NCBI RefSeq assembly: GCF_009914755.1 | Contig: NC_060942.1 | Length of the DNA stretch: 64,000 nt | Direction: 5' to 3' (one strand) | From: the human T2T-CHM13v2.0 reference genome, Homo sapiens | Made by a program: the position numbers and the translations under genes | Shown here: in pieces, positions 24,340 to 41,018 of the stretch | Layout of the letters: each line of letters starts with the position of its first letter | Position numbering within the stretch: the first letter of the stretch is position 1 | The notes under the pieces: model-generated | Told to the model about the DNA's origin: nothing | Databases searched by the model: none | What the model saw: the letters and a program-made list of their open reading frames with translations, nothing else

Positions 24340-24679
24340 TACACTGATGTGAAGGGATTTGGAAGACATGAAGTCCAAAATCGACTGACTTTAAAATAGG
24401 GAGAGTATCTGGGTCTAATTAATGACTTGACCCCACTATGTGAGGATGGAGGGATTGAGCCATGCGTCTGCAAGAAACCCGAGATTGTTGGGAAACCAGC
24501 AGCCAGGAACGAAGAGAAGACAGGAACACGTTCTCTTTCACAGCCTTCCGAAGGAATGATCCCTGCCAGCATCTTGATTTCAGACTCCAAGCCTTCAAAA
24601 CTGTGAGAGATTCAGTTTAGGTTATCCTAAAACACCCGATTTATGGTTCTATTCATGGCAGCCCTAGGAATCTAACACA
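24340..24679 (+). mobile_element. Second MLT1 (C/D/E-like) LTR
   Basis: CCCTGCCAGCATCTTGATTTCAGACTCC..AACTGTGAGAGA..GGCAGCCCTAGGAATCTAACACA. Confidence 0.75.
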
Positions 24680-24699
24680 CCATGTAAAAGTGGATCTGT

Positions 24700-25090
24700 A
24701 TCCATTGTTGTTTATGTACAATGGAATGCTTCTCAGCCATAAAAAGAATGAAATCTTGTCTTTTGCAGCAACCTGGATGGGACTAGAGGCCATTATCTTC
24801 AGTGAAATAACTCAGAAACAGAAAGTCAAATACTGCATGATCTTAAGTATAGTTGGGAGCTATATAATGTGCACACACGGACTTAGAGAGTGGAAATACA
24901 GACATCAGAGACTCAGATGAATGAGATGGTGGGATGGGGGTCAGGGATGAGAAATTACTTAGTGAGCGCAATGTACACTATTCAGGTGATAGTTACACTC
25001 AAAGCTCAGGCTTCAACACTACACAATGTATCCAGGTAGCAAAACGGCACTTGTACTGTCTATATCTATAAAAATATATTTTTATATATA
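24700..25090 (+). mobile_element. 5'-truncated L1PB3/4-type 3' end
   Basis: CAATGGAAT..GCCATAAAAAGAATGAAATC..GGATGAGAAATTAC..; perfect 14-bp TSD AAAAGTGGATCTGT at 24686-24699 and 25091-25104. Confidence 0.9.
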
Positions 25091-25622
25091 AAAAGTGGAT
25101 CTGTTTTCATCGAAGCCAGTTCTGGAGCTCAGCAGACAAAATTATTTTTCCTCATTCCTACCTCACATCCAACCCTTTTTGTTCCCTGAATTTCTCAGAT
25201 ATATATTTGAGAAACACTGGAGTAAACTGTGTCTTTAAAGAAACCTTTCCTTTTTAAAGCTTCTACCGTCAATAACGTCGTGTAACAGAGAATAACACAA
25301 AAGCTTTCTGGAATCTATTGTAAAGATTTATGGTGTTATTCTAACTAGATTAGCCAACATACTGTGCAAGAAGTGTGTGTCTATTTATAAAAATATGTGT
25401 ACATTTGCCAGTTGAACCTTGCTCTATTATGGTGGAAAAAGGGATTATTCAGACGATTTTTGATACAATTTTAAACTTTATCTATCCATGGGCGAATCAC
25501 TCTCCTGAAATCACACAACCTCCTTCCCTTCACCGCCCCACAATGACCATTCATTGTTTGATACAGAATATCTTCTGTCCTGGTCTCCATTGTATTCATG
25601 ATTAAGACTGGATATTTCAGCC

Positions 25623-25894
25623 TAAAGAACGTCAACCCAAGAACCATACTCTGTGTAATTTGGAGAAAATTTTACCATCTGAAAATGAAGATAAAGACTA
25701 CCTCATGTTAAATGGCTGTTTAACCCCAAAGAAACACATGAGATGTAAAGAACATCAACCCAAGAGCCAGACCTATGCAATTTAGGGAAAATTACTTCTA
25801 CATTCATAATTGTACCATCTGAAAATGAAGATAAAGACTACCTCTTAAGTTAAATGGCTTAATATATGTTTAACCCCAAAGAAAAACACGAGAC
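25623..25894. repeat. Diverged tandem duplication (123 bp + 149 bp) of MIR-like sequence
   Basis: TAAAGAAC(G/A)TCAACCCAAGA..TACCATCTGAAAATGAAGATAAAGACTACCTC..TGTTTAACCCCAAAGAAA occurs twice. Confidence 0.9.
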
Positions 25895-26424
25895 ACATAT
25901 TGTCTGATGAATATTAGCTATATTTGTGCTATGTAAATGTTAAATTTATCTGGTATTGCTTAGTAGTTTTAAAGCATATATGGTATCAAACTATATGTGT
26001 ATTTATCTATTAATTTTTTATGCATCAATATATAAGAACTAAATTTAGCACGATTCTCTATTTCCACAAATTTATTTAGTATTTTTAAATCCTGTAAAAA
26101 TTTTAATTTAGAGTAAATTTGTTACTGAAGTACAAATTAGGTAAGATATATCATTTGGTATTAAAGATTGTATTCTAATCTTCTGTTTCTAAACACACTG
26201 GTGAAGTGGTTAGAAGCTTAGGGAGATAGGATTTATCAACAGCATCAAGTATATATTTTCCAATGGGAGAAACGGTTTTCATTCATTCAGGCTACTATAA
26301 CAAGCTACAATAGACTGGTAGATCTTTTTCATTCATCAATGTATAGACCAATTTATAATTTCTCTTAATTCCAGAGCAAATATGAATGTTTCGATTGAGA
26401 TTACATGAATAACTTATATGTATG

Positions 26425-26763
<339 letters not shown>

Positions 26764-29140
26764 TCAATCTTATTTTAAAATACTAAATAACTTCAAATTC
26801 CCCTTCCTTTTCAGAAGTGTTCTTTTTAATGATGGCTAATAAAATATTAAACCTCCATATTTAATATAGTTTTACAAAATAATATTCAAGTACTAAAATG
26901 TTCTTTGGCAAAGAGTTTCATTCAAATAATCAGTTGAATGTTCATTAAGCCTGACAATCTGTTTTAGTTCCAGTGGTAGAAGTTTTATCATGCTAACATG
27001 GGGTCAGTATTTTCTCTGTTGTGGTCCTTAACTGAAAAGTAATTTATTTCCTCATATTTCTTGTCATAAGTGGTATCATTTGTATTGCAGCATGACCTAA
27101 GCCAGGCAGGTTTTCAGTTTGTTTTACTAATAAGACATATTGCTGACATGTTCTCAGATCTTGTCTGACAAATGAGCTTAGTGAGAGTAGTAGCAAAACA
27201 AAGAGCTGATACTATTTTTCTTGCTTATTAGCTTCCAAACATCTCAGAATACAGACATAAAGTGAACTGCAAACTGCTCAACATATCTCTAATTGCTTTT
27301 GTGATGCTATTCAAGTGTATTAGTAGAAACTGCAGCAATGGCTATCTTTGGCCATTCTGAGTGCAGTTGTTTAAGGCTGGAAACCACAGAATCAATAACT
27401 ACTAGACTTTTTATTTAATTAAAGACGAGAGAGAAATAGTACCTCCTGTTAAAAAGTGCCTTGTATTTCTTATTTTCTTTCAGTAAAAATCAACCTCTTG
27501 GACCAGCAGAAGGTCAAGACCTGCCCAACATGATCAAAATTAGAAAGTTTTAACTCATCCTTCTAAACTAAAATAAAAGACAAAAAGATGCCTCATTCCT
27601 ATTTAAGGATTAAATGTGAAAACTCAGAAGGTTATACATAATCTGAGAGAAGATAGCCCTCTACTGAGAACAGGTTGGAAATATATACTCTGAATATTGA
27701 ATTTTACTCTTTAAGGCTGTCTGAAGTAAGAATGAGTGCGGATAGCTAAAGTAAGCTTATAGCAATTAAGAAAATTAGCTAAATATTAAAATCTAAAATA
27801 ATTCTTACTTGTTTTATAAGACTAATTTAATTTCCTTGGAAAGTAGATATTACCATTTAGGGCATTTAAAAAATTAGTTCCATTAAGCTGTTTTGTTGCA
27901 TGAAAATGATGCTTGAATTAGTTTACTATTTGAAGAATATTTGAATTTAAAACTACTTATCTTTTTACTTGAAAAAATGTAATATAGTGATTTGAAATTG
28001 CTTTTATGTAGTGAAATGTCATCTTAAAACTAACACGTAGATATAAATTAAAAGTAACACTCATAAGAAAACTAAAATACTATATATGTATTATTATACC
28101 TTTCCACCAAAATATTTATCTACATTGTTTAAAGTTTTATTTCTTTAATACTCAAATTCTTTAGAAGTTCATCACAAATATATTTTATTAAAATTTGAAA
28201 TTATTGTTTTATGTCTTTAAACTTGTTTGAATCATTTTATTATTTTAAGATAAGATTCAGATTTAGTATGTACTTTTCTTTTTTTACATTACATGAACCT
28301 ACATTTTAAAGTATTAGAGTGTATTCTCACTTTACATATTGTATAGTTAAAGACTACTCTAAAAAAAAAAATCTCTTGATTATCTTAGCACCATGGCCAA
28401 TTGTCTCAATATTATGCAAGGATGCTTTAGGAATGTTAGTTAACTATTTGTGCCCATATATTTTGAGAACATAGAACAAGTGTAACTGCTGGGTCATAAG
28501 CATTTCCTTTGCTAAACAACCCTTTACAACCTAGATCATGTTAATTTTTTTAAAGCATTGTGTAAGTGATTGTTTAAGGAATTTTGTTTTTCTTATCAAT
28601 TACTATAAACATTCAAAGTACAATTTCAGCATTCTATTTTAGATGTAAACTTGCTTAGTTTTGGAAAGAAGATATAAAAATAAATAAGTCATTAGAGTTA
28701 TCTGACAACTAAACAATTTGCCATTTAAGTTGGGTCCTTTTGTATACTTAACAAATTGAGGATGTACTTTAAAAAAAATACTCAGTTCGACTCTTTTTTC
28801 TGCTCAGTCAAGGGGCCTAGTTTTCCAATATTACTGCTTATGCATGGGAATGAACTAAGGTTTCTATTTGAATAGAATTATGTATTTCAAAGTCCAAGTA
28901 ACCAATACAAGTGATAGAATAAGTCATTTCAAATTATTATAAATCAGACTTAATCAAGTATTTCCCAATTAACATACTTATAAATTGCTTTAATGAGTAA
29001 CCCCTGGCTGCTTAAATTCCTTTTGTTATTTGTTTAAGATCAGGAAAACTTTCTTTAGTTAGGGTTGTTATATTTTGGGGATATGACCTTTCACAAGTTC
29101 TAGGTAGTCAGAATATGAGGAAAACATTTTTCCCTTATTA

Positions 29141-29468
29141 TTTTTTTCTTGTTCTTTTTTTTTTCTGAGATGGAGTCTAGCTCTTGTCGCCCAGGCTGGA
29201 AGCAATGACACAATCTTGGCTCACTGCAACCTCCCCCTCCCAGGTTCAAGTGATTCTCTTGCCTCAGCCTCCCGAGTAGCTGGGATTAAAAGTGTGCACC
29301 ACCATGCCCAGCTAATTTTTGTGGGTTTTTTTTTTTTTTTTTTTTTTTAGTAGAGACGGGGTTTCACCATGTTGGCCAAGCTGGTCTCAAACTCCTGACC
29401 TCAAGTGATTCACCCGGCTCGGCCTCCCAAAGTGCTGGGATTACAGGCGTGAGCCACCAAGTCCGGCC
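29141..29468 (-). mobile_element. AluS (Sq/Sx-like)
   Basis: Full dimer; middle linker expanded to a long T run. Confidence 0.95.
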
Positions 29469-29807
29469 TTATTTTTCTTTAACTTTGCAACTTACCCAAG
29501 AAGTCAAGTAGTCAAGAAATAAAGTATCTACCTTCTGTAAGGAGAATTAAGTAGGACTAAAGGTTCCCCACTCGTGAAATGATTCTGCAGCTGTTTTACC
29601 TATTATTTTCCATTTTTTCTGGCTTTTCTCTCTTATCCTAAATGGAGATTGAATTTGGAAACCTTGACACTACTTGAGGAAACATCTGGATTTGTGACCT
29701 GTAGACCTCTGCTCTTTGACATGGGACAAATACCTCTTTTTTTCTGTCTTGTTTCTGTCCCTGATATCCATGTGTGCCTTTAAAACCTTTAAAACTTCCT
29801 TCTTAAC

Positions 29808-30108
<301 letters not shown>

Positions 30109-30607
30109 TTACCATTTTATTTTACTGATGTGTTTGACTCTTATTGTGGAGTGGGTGGTATTATTAGTATTTTTTAAAGTTAATATATAAAACTAAAATA
30201 TCTTTTAGACAAAATTACTCTTGGAAGATTATTATATTACCTAAAATGCACAGCATAAAATACATCAGCTAGCAATAATTCCAAGTACTGTACAACCAAG
30301 TGTTTCATCAGAACCAGTCATTATTTCCTTAGTAACCCCCAAGTGATATAGTCGATTTGGGTTTAGATGATATATTGTACCTGTATTTTGCACAATAAAT
30401 ATAGACAGCATGCAACACTCACATTATCAGAGACAGAAAGGAAAGAAAATGAAATCTTCTGAGGTACAGGGTATTCATTTATCCATTTCATTCTCATTTT
30501 GGATCATGATGAACTAAAATAACTCCACATATTTAAATCTCCCCTTCACACACACATAAAGTGTATTTCTGTTAAGCAAAATGTGTGTGTATTTACACAC
30601 ATATACA

Positions 30608-30958
30608 CACAGTCTCAACTTAGGATAATTCAGTTTCATTTTTCAACTTTTTGATAGTACAAAAGCGATTCACATCCAATACAAACTGTATTTCAAATAC
30701 CCATTAAACCAACCACTCTTTTTTTACTGTCAGTACAGTGGTCAATAAATTACATGAGATTTTTGATACGTTATTACAGAGTAGGCTTTTGCCCAACTTT
30801 GGGCTAATGTCAGTGTTCTGGGCATGTTTAAGATAGGCTACACTAAGCTATTTTAAGTAGGTTAGGTTTATTAAACCGATTTTGAACTTAGGATATTTTC
30901 AACTTATGAGGGTAGGTTTATCAGCATATAAATCCATCGAAAGTTGAGAGGCATCTGT
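30608..30958 (-). mobile_element. MER47A (Tigger family) DNA transposon
   Basis: TCAATAAATTACATGAGAT..GCCCAAC..GGCTAATGT..TAGGTTAGGT..GCATCTG end. Confidence 0.8.
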
Positions 30959-31371
30959 GTGTGTGTGCGTGTGTGTGTCTACACTATTTGCTCCAACTTT
31001 TTTGCCACTGTACACACTTCCAGTACACACCCTCTCAGCCTTCTCAGAATCTACCTAGTGTATTTACTTCTATCAAGTTTATGTTGGATACAATTTTAAT
31101 AAATTCTATAGGTTACCTCATTGTTATTACTAGCTAATGTTGCAGTTTACATAGAAACTTATAAATGTGTAGGAAATCTCTTTCAGATATATTCCACCTA
31201 AACTTCCTTTACTGCTTCTGAGGGTGGAAACTAGGATTCTTTTATTGGAGTTGTTCTGGAGATCCACAGATTATAGAGGTTTTGCTGCACTTACGTCCAG
31301 TGTCCCTTTTCCCTCACATTCTGTTGTTTCTGGAAGCTCTGATAAATTTTCAATGGAGAAGGTAACTTGAT

Positions 31372-33180
<1,809 letters not shown>

Positions 33181-35393
33181 ACACCATTCATTTTATAAGC
33201 TCTCATGAATAAAATTTTCTTTAATCTTGTTTTTCTATATGGCACATTATTGAAGTATATTCTTGAAAACATATATGTTTTATGAAGCATCTTTAGTGAA
33301 AATTACAGTGCAAGAAAGGTGTGTCTGGATGTGCATGTGTGTATGTCTTTATGTTGAAGAAGATTCAGTTTTTTGACTAAGATAATTAAGAGTCAGAAAG
33401 TACTTTACTTTTTAAATACATGTGATATTAGTGATTACGTTCTTAGAGAAGAAGAGAACCATATCTTTTGTCACAAAATAATAGCTTTCTCATAATGTAT
33501 GTCTTGTGAAGTGTTTGCATTGATTTATGTATGAGAAGTTTACTACAAATACTTAACCTTTTACCAGTAACAAAATATTAATAGAATTCTAAATCATTCT
33601 AATTATCTTTGTTTCTTATTTTCAAGTAAATTAATTCTTGAATGCAGACCATTCTCATAGCTTCCTCACCTTCTTGGATCTCTGTATCTATACTCACTTT
33701 TATTGTCAACCAATAAAGAACATTATCAAAGAGAAAAATAACTGGGACTTCCCTTAAACCAAGTAATTTATAGTAAGACGATGTAATTTCTCTCTTAGAA
33801 ATTCATATTTCAAATTTCATAATACAGTTCAGGTGCAATCTTAAAATGGAAATATTATAAACTCAGCCTATCCATTTATTAAAATTAAATCATTTAAAAA
33901 CTGTGCATAATAGGATGATTACTTTTAATTATAGAACAAATTGTATTCCAAAATATTAAGATTAACATTGTAATGTTTTATTTCTGTTAAAACTTTGTGC
34001 TGAGAACATTACAGACAAATTATCTTGATTTTCTAATTTAGTTACCATGTATCCTTTGGAAATGTATTATTTTCTCTGTCTTAAAGATGAAGAAACCAAG
34101 TTTCAGAGGTCACACTACTAGTTCCAGCTATTATATGGTTTAATGATATAACCTCTGAGTGTATATTGTTTCAGTATATGCCATAAGTATATTTAAGTGA
34201 CCTTGAGATTTTACATATTAAACAGTTTTTAAGTTGTTAAGTACACAAACCACTGCAACTAGTATCACTATTACTAATCTGTGGATTGATTGGCAATGGT
34301 GATTCTGATTCCTCACTATGCTCCCCAAAGTGTACATTACCTTGAAAGCATTTGGCTCACTGAGGGATCATTTGTTGAATGGAAGGCCTGAAGACTGCAA
34401 GCATTAAGCGTTAACAGCCTTAATGAGTGATTCAAGAGGTACTCACTCACCAAACACCTTTGCGGATTCTATTTGACAGTGGATTCTGTTTATGTTTGTT
34501 GTTTGTAGATAAATGTTCTTGTTTCAAGGTGGGGAATCACAAACTATGTTGATGCTCTAATGCAGCCTTAATTTTTTTCCTAGGAAAATGCACAGAAAAA
34601 AAAATTTACATTTTATTTTGACAGATCTGTTTGCCCCCAAAAGACTCTCTAGTGATTGCCTAGAGATCTATGAGTGCCACCAACTGGAGAACTGTTTTAC
34701 CAGATTATGTGTCACAAATCTTAAGTGTTCTTAATTGAAATTATGAGCTGAGTTTCAAAAGGTGAGAAAGGTTTAGTGTTTGGGATTGATGCATCAACAC
34801 ATATTATGTGTCTTGTATCAGTCACCCACTAATCCACAGAAATTTCAAGTAGAGTATCTATATTCAGGAGATGGCTATGTAAAGTAATCTCTCCTTACTT
34901 GTTGGTTTATTGCTCCTCAATTTCAGTATAGAACTTTATTTCCGGTGATCAGAGTCAGACTACCTGGGGAAATAAGAAATTCTTTGTTCTTCACTAGATT
35001 AATTGGCTAGACTTTTATCCTAGCTTTAACTCCTGGATTTATTTAAAACAAAAAACTGGAAATGTGCATCACTCGACAACTAAGGAAATTTTCCAAACAT
35101 ACTCTTATACTAAATTCATGCAAGAGAGAGACTCAAATGATTGTTTTTCTAAATATATGTGCCACTTGTGCAAAGGTTTCCTTCTTAACGCCAGAGAACT
35201 TCTTAATGTCTTGACTATCACCAAGTTGTACAAAATGTCTTCCTACTTGAGAGTGACATTTGGGGAGGGTAATTTGATAAATTCGCTTATTTTTGTTTTG
35301 ATTTTTTGTTTTCTCTTAATTCAGTGAGTATAAAAGCCATTTTTTAAGAGTAGAGATATTGATGTCTCTAAGGAGAAATGTAAGAGGTGTATT

Positions 35394-35712
35394 TCCTCCC
35401 TCCCTCCCTCCTTTCCTGCCTGCCTGCCTTCAGAGATGGAATCTCTCTCTGTTGCCCAGACTATAGTGCACTGGCATGATCTCGGCTCACTGCAGTCTCT
35501 GCCTCCTGGGTTCCAGTGATTCTCCTGCCTCAGCCTCCGGAGTACTGGGACTACAGGCGCACCCCACCACGCCAGGCTAATATTTGTACTTGGGGTAAAG
35601 ATGGGATTTCGCCATGTTGGCCAGGCTGGTCTTGAACTTCTGACCTCAAGTTATCCACCCACCTCGGCCTCCCAAAGTGCTGGGATTACAGCGTGAGCCA
35701 CCGCCCCCCACC
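35394..35712 (-). mobile_element. AluS with tail replaced by a (CCTC)/(CCTG) repeat
   Basis: Alu body about 35431-35712; tail region is a microsatellite. Confidence 0.9.
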
Positions 35713-35779
35713 CTTAATATCTTTCTTCATGTCATATGAGCCACTGCGCCCCACCCTTACTATCTTTCTTAATATCATA
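35694..35779. repeat. 43-bp tandem duplication across the Alu 5' junction
   Basis: TGAGCCACCGCCCCCCACCCTTAATATCTTTCTTCATGTCATA / TGAGCCACTGCGCCCCACCCTTACTATCTTTCTTAATATCATA. Confidence 0.9.
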
Positions 35780-36052
35780 CTGATCTTGGCCTATGAAGCG
35801 CCTGATTTCTATCTAGACAAAACTTAAGTTTATTTAAAATTATTCTTCAAACGGTACACCAGGAAAATAAATAGCCACATCATTTTTGTCCTTTTTCTAA
35901 TCAAATGGAGCTGAGTTACTTCATCAATTGTTTTTATGGACTGTGCAATTTGTGAGAGCATAGCCTAAATGATATGGTTCCTCTCAAATGGCCATAATCT
36001 ACTGCACTGTAAATCTTAGCAAATGAACATCAATGCATCTTTAACACCTTGA

Positions 36053-36119
36053 TATATAGAGAAATTAAAGTCCCCAAAGTTATGTTTCCCCTCCTCTTTT
36101 ATATAGAGAAATTAAAGTC
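36053..36119. repeat. Perfect 20-bp direct repeat with 27-bp spacer
   Basis: TATATAGAGAAATTAAAGTC at 36053-36072 and 36100-36119. Confidence 0.9.
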
Positions 36120-36139
36120 TCAGTAAATATTATTCTCTA

Positions 36140-36930
36140 AATAATATATTGCCATCACGTGAGCATTTGTTCCCAAACCGCAAATAAGTTCGTGTACAAG
36201 GTCAATTAGACCACATAGACGTGAAGCTTAACTTGTAGTGAGCTGGGACTTACACACAAAGAGTGAAATAACTCCTTTAATTATTTTACCAGAAGTTCAC
36301 TACTGTGTTCCAGGCTGACCACTTTAATGACAGGGAGCGTGGTAAGTTGAAGGCGGAAGCTAATGATAAGAAAACAGAGTAATTTCCACGATAGGTTTAT
36401 TTGATAGCTCCCGTTAAGTCTATGCTACCAGAAAATTCTGCTTATTATCTAGCATTTTCATTTTCCTTTTGAAGGTTGAATGCAGTGAAAATGAACTGTG
36501 TCCTTCTATTCCATGCAAATCTGATGTACGAAAATGAGCCAAGCATTGCAGCACAGCGTTGCACATACACATAACTGTCTGAATAACAGGAAGGGAAGAA
36601 AAAGGAAGACAATGGGAGAAATTGCACTGCCCTGAGTCAGAAATCAGATCTGTTGCCATACAGCTGCCGTTATGTGATCATTTGCAAGTCAACGTTTCTC
36701 AATTGTTTAGTCATTTGTAAGACAAAAAGACTGGTTGGATTTCAGAGAATTTTGAATCCTCCTTTCAGGTTTAACAAGCAATAAATGATACTCTTCAGTG
36801 TAAAAATAATGCCAAGACATTATTTGACTTTAAATTAAATTCAAACAAGATATCTTGCTACAGTTAAAAGCTGAAATAAGTCGTTTATAATAAAGCGCAT
36901 TTCCTCTTCTAAAGAAGAAAATCTCGAAGT
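36140..36930. promoter_or_regulatory. Candidate enhancer / conserved non-coding element
   Basis: No recognisable repeat; about 15 CpGs; TCACGTGA, ATGCAAAT, ACAATGG, TGAGTCA, GTTGCCAT and CAGCTG motifs. Confidence 0.45.
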
Positions 36931-37340
36931 CCTGTCTTTGAGATTAAAATTCCTGAACAAATTTCTAGAATAAATTTGAAGAGATTAAAACTGACGAATT
37001 CTGTACACAATCCAAATGTCACAAAGTACAGTGATTCACTCAAGGGGAAAGGATTATTACTTTTGAGTATTATCCCTTGCTTTCCAGTTCACATTATATT
37101 GAGTTGAATTATAGTGACTGAAATTGGCATAAAATTAATATAATAATGCCAACCGTTAGCAAAAAATTACATAAGGAAATTATTAGAAGTCATATCATAT
37201 TGCTAATTCTCCAAGCAAGGATTCATACAATTATGCAATATTTGCTTCCCAAAACAAGCATATTTTTAAAGCCATTGTGAAATCCAACAGGACTGATGAT
37301 GACTTCTTTTCACCTAAAGAGCTTGTTCTAATTTAGTAAT

Positions 37341-37377
<37 letters not shown>

Positions 37378-37410
37378 CTCTCTGTCTGTCTCTCCCTCCC
37401 TCCCTGTCTC
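37341..37410. repeat. (TC)n(TA)n compound microsatellite
   Basis: Read directly. Confidence 0.9.
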
Positions 37411-38034
37411 ATCTGATCTATCTGCATGAGGAAAATTTTCTCTAATTTCCCATTGATAAGCTCCCAGAAGAAGGTGGTCCTAGTCTTCCAAAAGGATAAG
37501 CACAGTTTGGCAGCTCATTTCAATTTCGTGGCAGTATACTGCAGTACACAAAGTTGTTATGCAGGTAAGCCATGTCCTGCAAACAGATGTTTGTAGTCAT
37601 AAATTAAAAATTAATACCCATAAGGCTAATTGCCAGCTGTTGCTCAATGAATTCTGAACGTCAGAGAGAAGGATGGATGTTGCTATTAAACTCTAAAACA
37701 ACGCTATCTGAAACTATGATTTGAACCAGACCTTTGATTTATTGAATAGTCAATGTCTATCAACTCTCATTAAATATTCTACATAATTTTTTGTAGTCCA
37801 AGAGATTTGGGAAAGTATAAATTGTTATGTATACACTATAGGCCAAATACTGCAAATTAAATAGGTTACCTAGTTATTATTTCAAATACGCAAGGAAGAT
37901 GTTATTTTCTCAATTTTAAAAATTAGGTCACTGAAGATCACATAAAATAATTAAGATGTTTAGAATCTCTAAGCAGTGGAAGAATTACTGTGTAAACTTC
38001 CACATACCATGTGGAATCAAAATATTAAAAAGAA

Positions 38035-38175
38035 GCCAGTCGTGGTGGCTCCTGCCTGTAATCCCAGCTATTTGAGAGGCTGAGGCAGGAGGATCACTTT
38101 AAGCCAGGAGTTTGAGATCAGCCTGTGCAACATAGCAAGACCTCATCCCTAAAAAAATTTAAAAACAAAATAAAA
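38035..38175 (+). mobile_element. FLAM (free left Alu monomer)
   Basis: Single left arm ending CAACATAGCAAGACCTCATCCCT plus A-rich tail. Confidence 0.85.
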
Positions 38176-38908
38176 TAATTAACCCATAAAATAAGTGTAA
38201 GAAGCACTAATTACATTTGATGTCCCAGTAGGAACACATATTTTTATAACACTGAATTTTTTTTTAAATCCCTCTCATTGCTTTGATTGTCCTGTTACCT
38301 GAAGCCTGTCACATGTGTTTAGACTCCCAATTAGTCTGCAGCACAAGGAGGTCATAAAGGTTGAATAGTGAGTGGGTAAGCTTCAAGTCCAACAGTATAA
38401 AGCCGATGCCCGTTCCTCTATGCCCTGACATATTATGTTTGTTAACCTGAAAATTCTATCCTGTTGTCTTCCTTGTCTTATAATTTCCAATAGTGTGGAA
38501 AATACATTTATTTTAAATCCCTAAAATAGAATGTACTGATTTTTACATTTACTATTTATCAGTTCTGTTAAAAACATACTTCATTATATTATACTGTCCT
38601 ATAACTTTAAAATGTTTTAATAAGTAACCTATATTTATTTTCACCCTTTGGCAACTGAGATTTTACAAATGTTTGCATTTTGCTTTGCACACAAAGAAAA
38701 GTTTATAGTCAGATTTATCCTGCCCAATTTAAATTCATTCCAAAATAAGCACTGTTTTCTTAATGCTTGCTATCCCATGGCAAATCCATACGCTTCCAAA
38801 CCCTGTATTCTGTATTTTTCAGGTAGCTTCAAAATCAGAGTATCATTTTTGCCTTATTTTAAATTATTTGTTTCGTAATGTATGAATTTTTGAATTAATA
38901 TAGTTTCA

Positions 38909-39332
<424 letters not shown>

Positions 39333-40286
39333 TTAATAACTAACAGACTAAAGAAGCTCAAATGTTTTATGAGAAGACAAGCAGATAGGCTTCTAATGCT
39401 TAAAATTTTGTCCCAATTCTTAACTTTACTAAATATATTAAAATAAAATTTATGTAGTCATATTTCTGTCATTTAAGAAATTAAAAATAAGATATATATT
39501 ATCTCTTACTCTGGATATTACTGTCTTTTCTATATGGAACTGTTAGTTATTAAAATTTATAGGATTACTCTTAAGATAATTTTACCTATTCGGTTACATT
39601 GTTGTAAGGTTCAAAATCAATCAGACATGTAAAGTACAGAGCCTGACACACACACACTTCCTCAATAAGACTGTTTTCTTCACTTGAATGGAAACAATAT
39701 TACATTACATAAACTTAATGCAAACATTTTTTGAAGTCCAATGATATATTGTGAAGCAAATATTACATTACTTACAATTTAAAAATAGAGTCAGTGAAAG
39801 ATGTTCCAAGATTTGGAAGTCACAGTAAAGGTCACATAATCCATACTCAAATCTCGGGTGCCAAAATTACTCCTACAGAAATGTGATGAATGATTACTCA
39901 GCCTCTCTACACTTCCAATGATGAGTCGGGAAGAAGAACAGAATATTCTATGTGGTTTGCTAATCTTGAACTGTGACTGGTATTTTCCGGTTGTCTTCAC
40001 TGACAGGTGAACTGAATGTTGTGTGAATTGAACCGGTTTGATATTTCTTTTCACCATCACCTGCCAGGCAGCATTGGGACGGACCTTCCCATTTAAAAAT
40101 CTGATGAAACATCGTGGGGTGTTTTTGTATTGCATGGTAGATTTGAACGATGAGTCTTTTGGCCATTCTCTCTCATTATTATACATGCATGTGAATTAGC
40201 CAGGGTGATACACTACTCTATTTTTATCTCTATTTTGTATACTGATTCATCATTTGTGTCAGTTCAAGTCATTAAAATTAGACATG

Positions 40287-41018
<732 letters not shown>

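Noticed and set aside
23922-24590. 222-aa minus-strand ORF
   Set aside because: Antisense read-through of two MLT1 LTRs with a non-ATG start and no recognisable domain
39918-40003. Possible C/D-box snoRNA (ATGATGA..CTGA, 86 nt)
   Set aside because: No terminal stem and no guide complementarity that I can recognise; such box pairs are common by chance
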